Source of the DNA: the human T2T-CHM13v2.0 reference genome, Homo sapiens | DNA length: 64,000 nt | Strand: one strand, 5' to 3' | Assembly (NCBI RefSeq): GCF_009914755.1 | Contig: NC_060947.1 | Part shown: positions 44,256 to 57,402 of the stretch, in pieces | Numbering within the stretch: position 1 is the stretch's first letter | Layout: each line of letters starts with the position of its first letter | Translations under genes and position numbers: made by a program | Notes under the pieces: generated by a model | Told to the model about the DNA's origin: nothing | The model's database searches: none | Seen by the model: only the letters and a program-made list of their open reading frames with translations

Positions 44256-45359
44256 AAAGAGCGTATGTGAAAAATAATTATTCTTGCTGCACTTTATACA
44301 AATGATCAGGCCAAGTATAATAAAACAAACCAGTCTTACCATGATTTGTCTTTAGTAAAAATGGGAGACTGGAGAGAGAAAAAAATATGATGTTGCAAAA
44401 ACTATGGTGCACCTGTTATTAGATTCTAGTTTCATTCGTTGTTTTAAAGTTTTTTTCTGCAATTTAGACTCACTTTTCTTATTCCTGTGAACCAATCAGT
44501 GATCCCTGACTGCTATTTAGAAGAAGCAAGAGGGATGGGTAATGTAAAAATCTGGATCAATATTCTAGTTCTGGGCACATATTGAAATCAGATAGTGACC
44601 CCGTATCAGCCTGGTTCTAACAGTTGCCCAGTTCAAGGAAAGCCTTCTTACTTAGTTTACCTTGGGATAATTTTACTTATTTTGCTTTACTGTTGTGGAA
44701 TACACTGGTGTTGTATTCTTGGTGCAGGAGTGCAGGATAAGCTTACTCAATGTTTTCTTAAACTGAACACTTATTAATCTTCCAGATAACATGTTTTGTC
44801 AGAACTCAGAGTTGTGTATGACCCTCACCAAACTGACGCTTTCTGACTGAGCTCCTCTCTGTCCTGAATTCAAAAGACTCTCATAATTAGGCAGTAATAT
44901 CATCACCCCTATTCAGCCTGAAGAAGTTACAGAAGATGGATCTTCATCCCTCTACAACCCTTAGGAATAAAGGTTCTCAGATAAAAGGGAGGAGGGAAAT
45001 GTCAGAGGTGTTTGAACCAGAGCAACTCCATCTTGAACAGGGTCTGGGTAAAATAGGGCTGAGACCTACTGGGCTACATTCCCAGGAGGTAAGGCATTCT
45101 TAGTCACAGGATGAGACAGTATGTCGGCACAAGATACAGGTCATAAAGACCTTGCTGATAAAACGGGTTGCAGTAAAGAAGCCAGCCAAAACCCACCAAA
45201 GCCAAGATGGCAATGAGAGTGACCTCTGGTCATCCTCACTGCTCATTATATGCATTAGCATGCTAAAAGACACTCCCACCGGCACCACGACAGTTTACAG
45301 ATGCCATGGCAACGTTTGGAAGTTACCCTATATGGCTGAAAAAGGGGAGGAGCCCTCAG

Positions 45360-45389
45360 TTCCAAGAATTCCCCACTTTTTTCCTGGAA
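45360..45389. promoter_or_regulatory. Tandem GAS (STAT1) motifs in MER41 U3
   Basis: TTCCAAGAA (45360-45368) and TTCCTGGAA (45381-45389), both TTCN3GAA. Confidence 0.6.
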
Positions 45390-45455
45390 AACTCATGAAT
45401 AGTCCACCCCTTGTTTAGCATATAATCAAGAAATAACCATAAAAATGGGCAACCA

Positions 45456-45823
<368 letters not shown>

Positions 45824-47188
45824 TTAATAAACTTGCTCTCACTTTACTCTAAAAAATAGAAATAAAAGGAAAAGACAGTTAATTCTCAGCTTTTTATTCA
45901 TGTGCTGTTCTATAAAATTAAGCCATATATGTGTACCTGGATTTTCTTGGCTTATTCAAGGATGTAGGAGAAATTATATCTTAAATGGAAGTCCTGGTCA
46001 CTGGCTCATTCTTTCTCAAACACTCACTGAGCATCTGCTCTTTGGAAAGCACTGTGTTACTGGAGATACTGGCATAAGTCAGACCCACCCCTACCCGAAG
46101 GGTGGTAGAGTCTAGGAGCTATAGTCATAAAATTAAGTTGGTGAGATTTCCTCTAAGACCTAGAGGAAAAGTAAGAGAGGGCAGAATGTGTGGTGCTCCC
46201 GGTGAGAGTGGTGGAGTGTAAATGCCCTGAGCCAGGGCCTTTTGGGCTTTGGGAAACTGCAGTTCCTTCGGAGGAAGCTGATTCTAATGAAGCTGGTGGG
46301 TCCAGGGTCAGATTCTCAGGGAGAGAAAAGCCTGGAATGGAAAACTGCTCTGAGCAGTTCATTATGGTTGGTGGATGAACATAGACGAGTTTCCACCTGG
46401 GGCAGGAATGGAAGGCATCCTGTGCTCTTATCCCAGTGCGGTTGAATACAGCCCAAGAGCTAGGTGATGGATACTCATCATCTGCAAGGGTTTCCTGGGA
46501 GGTAAGGGTGAATCTCTCAGGAAGGGAGGCCCAGAAGCCACTGGCAAGGTACTCTTCTGCCTTAGTGGGAGAGCTAGAGCTGACTCTAGTCAAATGGCAT
46601 TCTAATTAGGTTATCTCAAGTGTAATTTGGCCATTCCTGAGCATGGGCTAGATTTTGCGTGGTGATTATATGAATGAAAATAGTGGTTGAGATGGAAAAG
46701 CAGCTGAGAGGGAGGAAAAGAGTTGGTCCTGGACTCACGTTCCAGGAACACTGAGCTGCAATCCAGCTGAAGAAGACTCCTCCACACACAAATTAAACAA
46801 TAGATCCTCTAGGAGGGAAATTCTACTGTGTTTTGTCTATGAAGCAACACTTTGGGCTGAGTTGGTATTCTATTCTCTGTACTGTTGTGCTACGTACTCT
46901 GAGGTTTCCTAGATAACAATAACAACAGCAACAACAAAATTCCCAGAGGCAACTATGGTAGGATCTGAGTTCCAAATAGTAACACAAATAACTGCCAAAC
47001 ATTAACGATCTAATATATGCCAGGCCCTGAGCCAAGTGCTTTACTTACATTGCACACACTCCAAAAGTCCTATAAGACAGACTTTATCAAACCTGCTTCA
47101 CAGATGAAGAACCTGATGCTCATGCGGCTTGATGATTTCCCCATAATTACATGGCTAATAAGCAACACGGTTGGGATTGCATCCCTGC

Positions 47189-47457
47189 TAGATTAGGATG
47201 GGCCCCAATCCAATATGACTGGTGTCCTTATAAGAAGAGGACATTAGGACACAGACACACACAGAGGAAAGACCATGTGAAGACACAGGAAGAGAATGGC
47301 CATCTACAAGTCAAGGAGACAGGCCTCAGGACAACTCAACCCTGCCCACACCTTGAGCCTGAACTTGTAGCCTCCGGGACTGGGAAAATACATTTCTGAC
47401 GCTTAAGCTCCCCCAGTCTGTGGTACCTTGTTATGATAGCCAAAGCAAACTAATACA
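47189..47457 (+). mobile_element. MLT1B/C-like MaLR LTR fragment
   Basis: ccaatatgactggtgtccttataagaagagg..ccatgtgaagac..gcaaactaataca. Confidence 0.8.
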
Positions 47458-47610
47458 CATGGTCCGAATTCATCTGAGTGTATGTCATTCCTTCTCGTCC
47501 CAACCTGAAGCAGACCTTCGTCTTGCTATTTACTTCTCAGGAATCCACGTCTCTCAGGCAACCAAAAGAAGGACCCTGTGGTCAAGCTACAAAAAGTATG
47601 CCTATAGAAG

Positions 47611-48430
47611 TGCTATGGACTGAAATGTGCTCCCCTCCAAAAAAAAAAAAAAATGTATATGTTGAAGCTCTAAGTCCCAATGTGATGGTCTGGAGATGGG
47701 GCCTTTGGGAGGTAATTAGGGTTAGATGAGCTCCTGAGAGCGTAGGCCCTCATGATTGGATTAATGTCTGTATTCGTTCATTCTTGCGTTGCTATAAAAA
47801 AATACCTGAGACTGGGTAATTTATTAAAAAAAATAGGTTTAATTGGCTTACGGTTTGCAGGATGTACAGGAAGCGTGGCAGCATCTGCTTCTGGAGAGGC
47901 CTTAGGGAGCTTTTACTTATGGCAGTAGGCAAAGAAGGAGCAGGCTCTTCACTTGGTGAAAGCAGGAGCAAGAGAGACGGGGGGGGCATTGCCACACACT
48001 ATTATATGACCGTATGTCGTGAGAAATCACTCACTATCATGAGCACAGTACCAAGGTGATGGTACTAAACTATTAATGAGAAATCTGCCCCCATGATCCA
48101 ATCACCTCCCACCAGGCCCCACCTCCAACACTGTGGATTACAATTCAGCGTGAGATTTGGTGGGGACACTGATCCAGACCATATCAGTGTCCTTATAGGA
48201 AGAAATGCCAGAGAGCTTGCACATTTTTCTCTTTCTCTCTCTGCCATGTGAGGACTCACAGAGAAGGTGGGCATCCATAAGCCAGAAAGAAGACCCTCAC
48301 CAGACACCCACCATACTGGCATTCTGACTTTTGGCTTCCCAGCCTCCAGAACTGGGAGAAAATAAGCATCTGTTGTGTAAGACCCCCAGTCTATAGCATT
48401 TTGTTACAGCAGCATGAAATGACTAAGACA
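47611..48430 (+). mobile_element. MLT1A-like LTR with nested MST LTR (47769-48186, minus)
   Basis: TGCTATGGACTGAA...GACTAAGACA; nested element flanked by ATGTC/GTGTC. Confidence 0.85.
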
Positions 48431-49028
48431 TGAAGGAAGGTGACAATGAGAACCAACACAATTTAGGAATCGTCTGTGGTTCCTTGAGAGCCAACTCTGT
48501 CCAGGTGCCAGCATTTCTGTGCATTCCCAGCACTTTCCCGAATTATAGCACCCTTCCACAATGGTCTTGCCCCATGTGCCTGCCTGTCCAATTCTGGAAT
48601 CGAGCTTGCTGCTAAGCTCTTCATGGTTGCATCCTTTAAAGGCTGTGCCCTACTTCCAGTGGGACAGCCAAGAGTCACCTGCCCTTCTCCTAACATAGAA
48701 CAGTTCTACTTTCTGGAGAAGTCCCCTGACTGTCCCTGTTCCTCACACTGGGGCCCCTCTAATAGCAAAAATACATTTGACTTTGAATAGAGACCTTTAG
48801 ACATCTGATCATCCTGTTGGATGTCTTCAACACATTCTTAAAATGTTTTCCAAGTCAGCTGGTGAGTAGCGTCTGATTTTGACTTATAATATATCAGTTC
48901 CTGGGATACAACCCTGAAGTTAGAAAGTGTTTGAAACCATCCTATATTTACAATAGGACTTTAATAAGCTGTCTCATTGGAAACTGGCCACAGAGCACAT
49001 ACATAGATGGTCAAAAGCCAAAGCCTCT

Positions 49029-49414
49029 TGTATTAGCTCAGGCTGCCATAACAAAGTACCATAACAAAGTACCACTGGGTGGCTTAAACAAATAGGTAGA
49101 TGTTTCTCGCATTTCTGGAGGCTGGGAAGTTTGAGATCAAGGTTCTAGCAGGTTTGATGCCTGGTGAGGGTCTCTTCCTGGCTTGTAGACAGCTACCTTC
49201 TCTGTGTGTCTGCACATGGCAGAAGGAGAGAATGCGAGCAAGCTCTCTGATGTCTCTTATAAGAGCGGTAATCCCATCACGAAGGTTCCACCTTAATGAC
49301 CTCATCTAACTCTAATTACGTCCAAAGGCCTCATCTACAGATACATCACACTGGGTCTTAGGGTTTCAACATATGAGTTTTGGTGGGGGTGGGGGCACAG
49401 TTCAGTTCACAGCA
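49029..49414 (-). mobile_element. MLT1A-like MaLR LTR
   Basis: tgtattagctcaggctgccataacaaagtacc...ttcagttcacagca. Confidence 0.82.
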
Positions 49415-50850
49415 TCTCCTTCATAAGTGACAGATGAGGAAGGACTGTCAAAATCACTGTGGGGCAAATATCTACTGAAGCTGAATTCCTAAAACCCTAA
49501 AGTTCTCCTAGGAGACGAAAAGTGGTTCCTCGGTAGGCATGCTAGCTCTGATTAGAAATGGAAAAAAAATCAGAAATGAAAAAAAGAACTCTCTTGGCAC
49601 TACTTCTGGTCTGTGGATCTGCCCCACAGGAAAGACATAGCTTTCAATGTGTCTAATGGCATCTGAACAGACGTTCAGGTAACAGGAGGGTAGCAGAGAC
49701 CCACAGGTTGAGGTTTTACCCATGAATTAAAAGAATGAGAAATTCTCAGCCTACTAAGGTTTCAGACATTATTGCAAATGACAGTGCAGAAAAGTGTTAG
49801 TAAGTGAAGATAGTTAGTATATCTAACTATACTAGTGAGTGAAGAAGTTAGTATATCACACGAGGTGCTGAGGTATACTGGATCCTTAGAAAACTACATG
49901 TGATCCTGTATTTGAAAGCATCTGTCATACAGTACACACTTAAAAAAAGTTGGAGAACGTAAAGAAAATCTGGTTTTCTCCGAAACTCCTCCCAGCAATG
50001 AAGAGGGCTGTTGTCATAGCAAATAATAATAGTTCCTTTTTGTTGAGCACCTACTATGCAACAGTTTATGGGAGAGACTATAGTGCTCACCCACATCTCA
50101 TCTTCCTCTCTTTCCTGGATACATGGGAACAGTACAGTCCACTTGTAGTTAGGAAGGGTCATGTGACAACCCCTTACCACTGAAACATGAGCAGAAGCAT
50201 TGTTTGTCACATCTAGACATCTGAGAGCCAGTGTGCCATTTCCATGCTTTCTCCCTCCATCTAATAGTAAACATGGCAGCCTCATGTTGAGGTGGTGGAA
50301 TCCCGAGGTGGAAGCTGCCTGGATACCTGGGTCACGGGAGAGTGGAGAGGCCCTGTCAAACCACATCAGGACTCATGTGCACATTAAATAAACTTGTGTT
50401 TTGTCATGTCACTCAAATTCCAGGGTTTGCCTATTGCATCAGCTAGCAGTTACTTCAGTTACTTTAACTGACTAATACACAGCTACTATTTTTGCTGTTA
50501 GGCTTATTTAGATATTGTAATTTAAAAGATAATTGTGCCTATATTCTTGTTGCAAAAGAAATCTAAAATACAGATAATTCACAATTCTTCTCTGTATAAA
50601 GTTCCTCCACAATTCAGCCCGCACCTCAGAGGTCACCACAATCAGCAACCTGCTGTGTACTATTTTATTGTATATTTTTATTCTTTTCTGTTTTAGTTTG
50701 TTTTTGAATGCATTTATTTCACAAATATGTTCATTAGGTGCTATAAAAATGTTTGTATCACCTTTTGTGTTTGTATAAATTAAATCAACAATAATTTCGG
50801 TCAAAATTAGTAGTCCCGAGAATTTTTCTCCTTTATACAGGGTGCATATC

Positions 50851-51082
50851 CGGGGGCCTTCAAAAAGCTCATGAAAAAAAATTGAATTAAAAGATAAAAA
50901 TAAAAAATATGAACCAATTTCTGAACATAAACTATATCAAGTTCAAGACACTTTTGTAAGTGACGATACCAGATATTTAGTCCATTCCTAAAGAACTGAG
51001 AGTCCTGGGAATTTAACCACGTCAGTGCAGTCCTTTTACATTATTAACTGAAGAAAACTGAGTGTCCTTTGACAACTTCTCA
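50851..51082 (-). mobile_element. HSMAR2-like mariner fragment
   Basis: cggggg.cttcaaaaag.tcatg..aaaa terminal sequence and caagttcaagacacttttgtaag..ctaaagaactgag..tcctgggaatttaacc. Confidence 0.7.
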
Positions 51083-51084
51083 AG

Positions 51085-51574
51085 ATTTGGACTGTGGGCT
51101 TTTGCGTTAACGCTGAAATGAGTTAAGACTTTGGGGGACTGTTGGGAAGGCAGGATTGGTTTTGAAAGGTGAAGACATGAGATTTGGGAGGGGCCACATG
51201 TGGAATGATATTGTTTGGCTCTGTGTCCCCACACAAATCTCATCTTGTAGCTCCCAATATTCCCACATGTTGTGGGAGGGACCCAGTGGGAGATAATTGA
51301 ATCATGGGGTTGGGTCTTTCCCATACTGTTCTCGTGATAGTGAATAAGTCTCAAGAGATCTGATGGTTTTAAAAACGGCAGTTTCCCTGTACAAGCTCTC
51401 TCTCTCTTTGTCTGCCGCCATCCATGTAAGACGTGACTTGCTCCTCCTTGCCTTCCACCATGATTGTGAGGCCTACCCAGCCACGTGGAACTGCAAGTCC
51501 AATAAACATCTTTCTTTTGTAACATTCCCAGTCTCTGGTATGCTTTATCAGCTGTGTGAAAAGGAATAAATACA
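51085..51574 (+). mobile_element. THE1 internal 3' end plus THE1 LTR (51206-51574)
   Basis: gctgaaatgagttaagactttggggg..; TGATATTGTTTGGCTCTGTGTCCCCAC...AATACA. Confidence 0.88.
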
Positions 51575-51839
51575 GAGGGGTTCCCCTACTTCATTTGAAG
51601 GTTTATTAACTAACAATAATCAGTATAGTGTGGAATTGTCCTAAATTTAGAAACACATAAAAAGAAGAGAGTAAAGTCCAGGAATGGATCCACATGTATA
51701 TGCATATATATATAAGTCAAATATTGATAAAGATACAAATGAAGATTCGAGGAGAGAAATGATAGTGTATTCAACTGGGTCTAGAACAACTGGATATCTA
51801 TATGCAAAACTGAATTTCAATCCGTAATTGCTTTCTTCC

Positions 51840-52249
51840 TGTCTATCTATCTATCTAGCTACCTACCTACATATCTATCTATGTAAAAAGGGAGGGAGAG
51901 AAAGAAAGATAAAGGTTTCATAAGGAATTATCTCATGTGATTATGAGGTCTTGTATATCCCAAATCTGTGAGGCAGGCCAGCAGGCTAGAAACTCACACA
52001 ACATTTTTATGTTAGTCTTGCGGTAGAATTCCTTTTCCAGGAAACCTTAGTCTTTTCTCTTAACACCTTCAACTAACTGGATGAGGCCCATCCACATTAT
52101 GGAGATTAAACTGCTTCCCTTAAAGTCAACTGATGGTAAATGTCAATCACAACTACAAAATACCTTCACAACAACATCTAGACTACTGTTTGACCACACG
52201 GCTGAGCACTATAGCCTAGACAAGTTGACACATAATACTAACCATCGCA
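51840..52249 (-). mobile_element. MLT2 LTR with (TCTA)n
   Basis: ggatgaggcccatccacattatggag..caagttgacacataa..taaccatc. Confidence 0.75.
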
Positions 52250-55200
52250 CATATCTTACACCATACAAAAATGTAACTCAAAATGAACCACAGACTTAAA
52301 TGTCAAAATTATGGGTTTTTTTTTTTTCTGTAGGAGAAAACAAAAAAAAATTGTGTTACCTGAGGTTATGTCTTAGTAAGCTCAGGCTGCCCTAACAAAA
52401 TGCCATGGACTGAGTAGCTGAAACAAAACAAATTTATTTTTTTTCACAGTTTTGAAGTATGGAAGTCCCAGATCAAGGACTGGCAGGGTTGGTTTCTGGT
52501 GACGGCCTTATTCCTGGCTTGTAGATAGCCCTTTCTCAATATATCCGTTCTTGGCCTTTCCTCTGTGCATGTGCAGAGAGAGAGAGAGAGAGAGAGCTAG
52601 TGCAGGCACACAAGTAATTTCTTCTGTCTCTTCTAACTGCTTATAACCATACTAATCCTATGGGATCAAGGCCCCACCCTTATGACCTCTTTTAATATTA
52701 ATTACTTCCTTAGAGGCCTCATCTCCAAATGCAGACACCCCGGGGCTGAGGGCTTCAAAGTATGAATTTGGTGGAGGACATAAGCATTAGCAAAGAATGC
52801 ACACATAGATTAATAAAACAGAATAGAGCTCAGAAATAGACCTGCACACTTATAGTCAGGTGATTCACAACAAAGGCAATAATGGTGAAAGTACAGTTTT
52901 TCCAGCAAAAGGTGCCTGAACAATTAGACATCTACAGGCAAATTATAATAACCTAGAAACATCCTTACATATTCCAGAAAAATTAACTCGATATAAATCA
53001 CAGACCTAATGCAAAATGCAAAAACTATACAACCCTCTATAAGAAAACATAAGAGAAAATTCACATAACTTTGAGTTCAGTGGTGAGTTTTTAAATTCAA
53101 CACCAAAAGCATGATCAATGAAAGAAAAATTTACCAAGTAGATTTTATTAAAATAAACATCATGTGCTCTTCAAAGGACAATGTTAAGAGAATGAAAACA
53201 GAAGCCACAGACTAGCAGAAAACATCGGTGGTACACATATGTGATAAAGAACATATCTCTACAACATACACGAATTCTTAAAGTTCAACGACAGAAAAAA
53301 CATGAAAATAGGCAAAGATCTGAACACACTCCTCACAAAAGAAGATATACACATGGCAAATAAGCATAAAAAAGTACTGAGAATCCGTTCTCATTAGATA
53401 ACTGTGTACTAAAATGAGATACCACTACACACCTATTAGAATGTCCAAAATCCATAAAAAAGCAAAAAAAAAAAAAAAAAGAAAAGAAAACCAAGATCAA
53501 TTGCCAGGGAAGATGTGGAGCAACAGAAACTCTCATTCATTGCTGGTGGAAATGCAACATGGTACAGCCACTTTGGAAGACAATTTGGCGTTTTCTTAAA
53601 AAACTGAACACAGCATAAGATTCAGCAGTCATAATCAATTTACCCAATTGACGTGAAAACTTACGTCTACATAAAAATTTGTATACGATTGTATACAAAA
53701 GATTATTTCATAATCACCAAAAATAGAAGCATCCAAAATGTATTTCATTTGGTGGATGGATATATATATACACACGCACTATGGTACAACCAGACAATGA
53801 TACTACTACTCCTCAATGAAAAGGAATAAGTTCTGAGCCACACAAAGTTATACATGACTCTTCAGTTCATTATGCTAGGTGAAAGAAACCAGTCTAAAAA
53901 GGCTACATAGTATGCGAGTCTATTTATATGACATTCAGGAAAAGGCAAAATTATAAAGATGAAACACCTATCAGTGGCAGCCAAGGGGGTTATCTGACAA
54001 GCACAGGGGATTTATCAGGGCAGTGAAACTAGTATGGTAATACTGTAATGGTGGATGCATGCTTGCTTTCATCTGAATATTTGTGTTCCCACAAACTTCA
54101 TCTGCTGAAATACCAAGGTGATGGTATTAGGTAGAAGGTGGGGTATTTGGAGAATGACTAGTTCATGAGAGCAGAGTCCTCATGAATGGGATCAGTGTTT
54201 TTATAAAATAGACTCCACAGAGATCCCTTGCCCCTTCTTCCATGTGAGGACATAGGGGAAAGGCAACTGTCTATGAACTAGGGAGCAGGTCTCCATCAGA
54301 CATGAAATCTGCCAGCACCTTGATCTTGGACTTCCCAACCTCTAGAATGTGAGAAATAAAGTTGTGTTGTTTATAAGCCACCCAGTCTACACTATTTTTG
54401 TTATGGAAGCCCAAAGGGACTAAGACAACGGCACGAGGCATTTGTCAAAACCCATAGATCTTTACAGCACAAAGAGTGAAGCTTAATGTATGTAAAGTCT
54501 AAAAGTAACTTAAGAAGTTGGAGAATCATGGGACAGAATGTAGAATGTTACACACACACACAAACCTAGCTGTATTATACATGTATGAAACCACTACAGT
54601 GAAGCAAGTGGCGGGAAAGTTACCATATTTGGGTACTCCATCAAAGAAATATGTTTTTTATAAAGTATAAGTCGGCCAGATAAGCATGTAAAATAGTTGA
54701 ATATTTGATAATCATTTATATAATTTTTCAGATATGAAAACTATTGGGATTCTGTTTAATAAAACGTCCTTATCTTTTAAAAATGCATATTGAGTTATTT
54801 CGAGATGAAATGGTCTAATGCCTTAGATTCGCTCCACGTTATTCCAGAAGCTGATGTGCAGGTAGGCAAGTGTCTAACTGGAACCAGATTTGCTGTGTAT
54901 TTAAAGTTGTTCATGCTGGGTATCTAGTATCCTGGGTTCATTACATTAGTTCCTATTATTCTGTATGTGTGAAGGCTTTCCCTAGTAAAACTTTTTTTAT
55001 AATAAATATGCCATTAAAAGTGAAATCCTAAATGAAACTGACCACTTTGTAGAAATAAAATAAACCAGTAACCAAACTGATCCAAAAAGAAAAAGAAAAC
55101 TTTAATTAAACTATAAAAACTGAAACTGTACAATGTTCAAAGCTCAAGCCACCTTCAAACATTCCAGGTTAGGCAGTATTGGAGGCCAATTCTACCAAAT

Positions 55201-56170
55201 GATCAGGGAAAACTAACCACCATCTTATCTCATCTCTTCTAGAACATACAAAATATTTACAATTGTTCAATTCATTCTTCCAGACTAGCCCTCCTGGATT
55301 CAAAAACCAGATGAGGACCACATCCCACCCTTGATGGGAAAAAAAGCACACATTAAGTAAGCTCCCTTACATAGCAGCAAATATCCTACGTAAATTACTA
55401 GCATATTAAATAAACAGGCTCTGCCCAAGGAAATAACATACGGTTTAACATTAGGGGAAAAAAAAAAACGGTTTCATTGTAATTCCTTACATACAAAATG
55501 GAGGAGAAAAAAATTTGATTGCGTCAACGGGTACAGAAAAAGCTTTTTAAAGAAATTTAATATGAGTTCATGGTAAAAAAAAAAAAAAAGTATTTAACCT
55601 ATATTCAAAGAGAAATTGCACTTCCTAAAATCAACAGCAAACATACTTAAATGCAAAACGTTCGAATAATTATCATTCACGTCAGGAACGAGAAGTAGAT
55701 GTAGGCTATTATCTCTACGATTGAAATCAGGATTGAGACACAAAGAGCTATAAGTACCAAAATGAGTAAGTGGTATGAATACTGGAAGAATATGTAATGT
55801 TTAGTGATAATACCATTATCGATCTTGAAAATTCAAAGGAAAAGGTATGTGGAATATTCAAGTGCATCGGCCTTCAGAACGAGGTGTGCAACAGATTACT
55901 ACAGCAAAATCAAAATCTTCACCTCACGAAAGCAATAACTAACTACAACAATTAATAGACAATATGCCATTTGCAATAGCAACAAAATTCATGAATTGCC
56001 TGAAAAGAAGTCTAATAAAAATGTATAAGGTCTTTATAGAGACAACTGTCGAAGTATACTGACATATTCAGGTAAAAAAAACCTTGAAATACATAGAGGA
56101 GTATAATATATTCATTCATGGGGAGCACAACACTGTAAAAATGTAAACTCAGCTTAAATTATTTACAATT
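52250..56170 (+). mobile_element. Old L1M fragments with MaLR LTRs (~52369-52790 minus; ~54060-54427 plus)
   Basis: Degraded L1 motifs; MLT1A-type ends (tgtcttagt..ggctgcc.taacaaaat; ...gactaagaca); boundaries approximate. Confidence 0.6.
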
Positions 56171-57239
56171 TAGTGCCTTACCTGTAGCCGCCGCCATTAC
56201 AACAAATTTGGGCTGCTGTGCTCTGCTTCCCAAATCAAACCTGGAAAATTACAGAATGGAAACAGTAAATAAAAAACCAGTATCAGCAACAAAACAGGGA
56301 AAGCCCAGGGTGAGACTCAAGGCTGTGTTGAGCTGGTACTTGTGTTTGACACTTGCAGTGTTGGTTGGAGGGGGTTAGCAGCAGGGATGTTGGGGAGGTT
56401 TGTAGCCGGCCTACACGGTAGATGACAGAATGGGTAGAATAAAAGTTTGAAATTTTCCACTTCACTTCTTTGCACAATCTGAGGCAGCCTCTGAAAACAC
56501 GATGCCAAGAGCCCTAGGTAATAGCAGGACACCAGGAAAATTTGGTTGGTTAAGGCAGTATGACTCCAGAGTTCTGCTAATAACAACCTGAAACCACCAT
56601 AGTGGCAGAGGAATTACATTTTTTAAAAAAAAAAATTCTTTCAACAGAACACAAAGACTGAAATAGGAGGTCACTACAACCGCGGGAGCTGCCGCCCCGC
56701 CCTGCAGGGAGCACCTGGCCTGGGACCCGCAGGCATTCTCTACAAGGGGTGCAGCTGTGCAAATGCTCACAGGTGACAGAAACAGAGCATCTCCTGCCCA
56801 TCACTTCATCCAACAGCCAGAGGTGACGAAAACGACCCTCCTGAGTGAGGACTGAGGGTCCACACCGCCCCCCCACCCCACACACCATAGAGGGACCACA
56901 GAATCCAGCTCAGCCCCTCTTGTCAGCCCTGGTAAACGCAGGCAGTGATGTCACCCAGACCACACCCCTTCCCCCAATGCCACTTCAGGGGGACTCAGAG
57001 TCAGAGACTTGGTCTGAGGGGAGCAGAAGCAATCTGCAGAGGATGGCGGTCCAGGCTCAGCCAGGCATCAACTTCAGGACCCTGAGGGATGACCGAAGGC
57101 CCCGCCCACCCACCCCCAACTCCCCCGACCCCACCAGGATCTACAGCCTCAGGACCCCCGTCCCAATCCTTACCCCTTGCCCCATCACCATCTTCATGCT
57201 TACCTCCACCCCCATCCGATCCCCATCCAGGCAGAATCC

Positions 57240-57324
57240 AGTTCCACCCCTGCCCGGAACCCAGGGTAGTACCGTTGCCAGGATGTGACGCCACTGACTT
57301 GCGCATTGGAGGTCAGAAGACCGC
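57240..57324 (+). promoter_or_regulatory. MAGEA6: MAGEA6 CpG-rich germline promoter
   Basis: Ets-type CCGGAA (57254) and CAGGATGTGACG (57279-57290); local CpG enrichment; TGACGTC in exon 1. Confidence 0.75.
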
Positions 57325-57402
57325 GAGATTCTCGCCCTGAGCAACGAGCGACGGCCTGACGTCGGCGGAGGGAAGCCGGCCCAGGCTCGGTGAGGAGGCA
57401 AG
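57325..57402 (+). other. MAGEA6: MAGEA6 non-coding exon 1 (start approximate)
   Basis: GAGATTCTCGCCCTGAGC...GGAGGCAAG|gtaaga. Confidence 0.82.

Noticed and set aside
49848-51525. 172-aa and 167-aa minus-strand ORFs
   Set aside because: Overlap MaLR/THE1 LTR sequence; no protein features.
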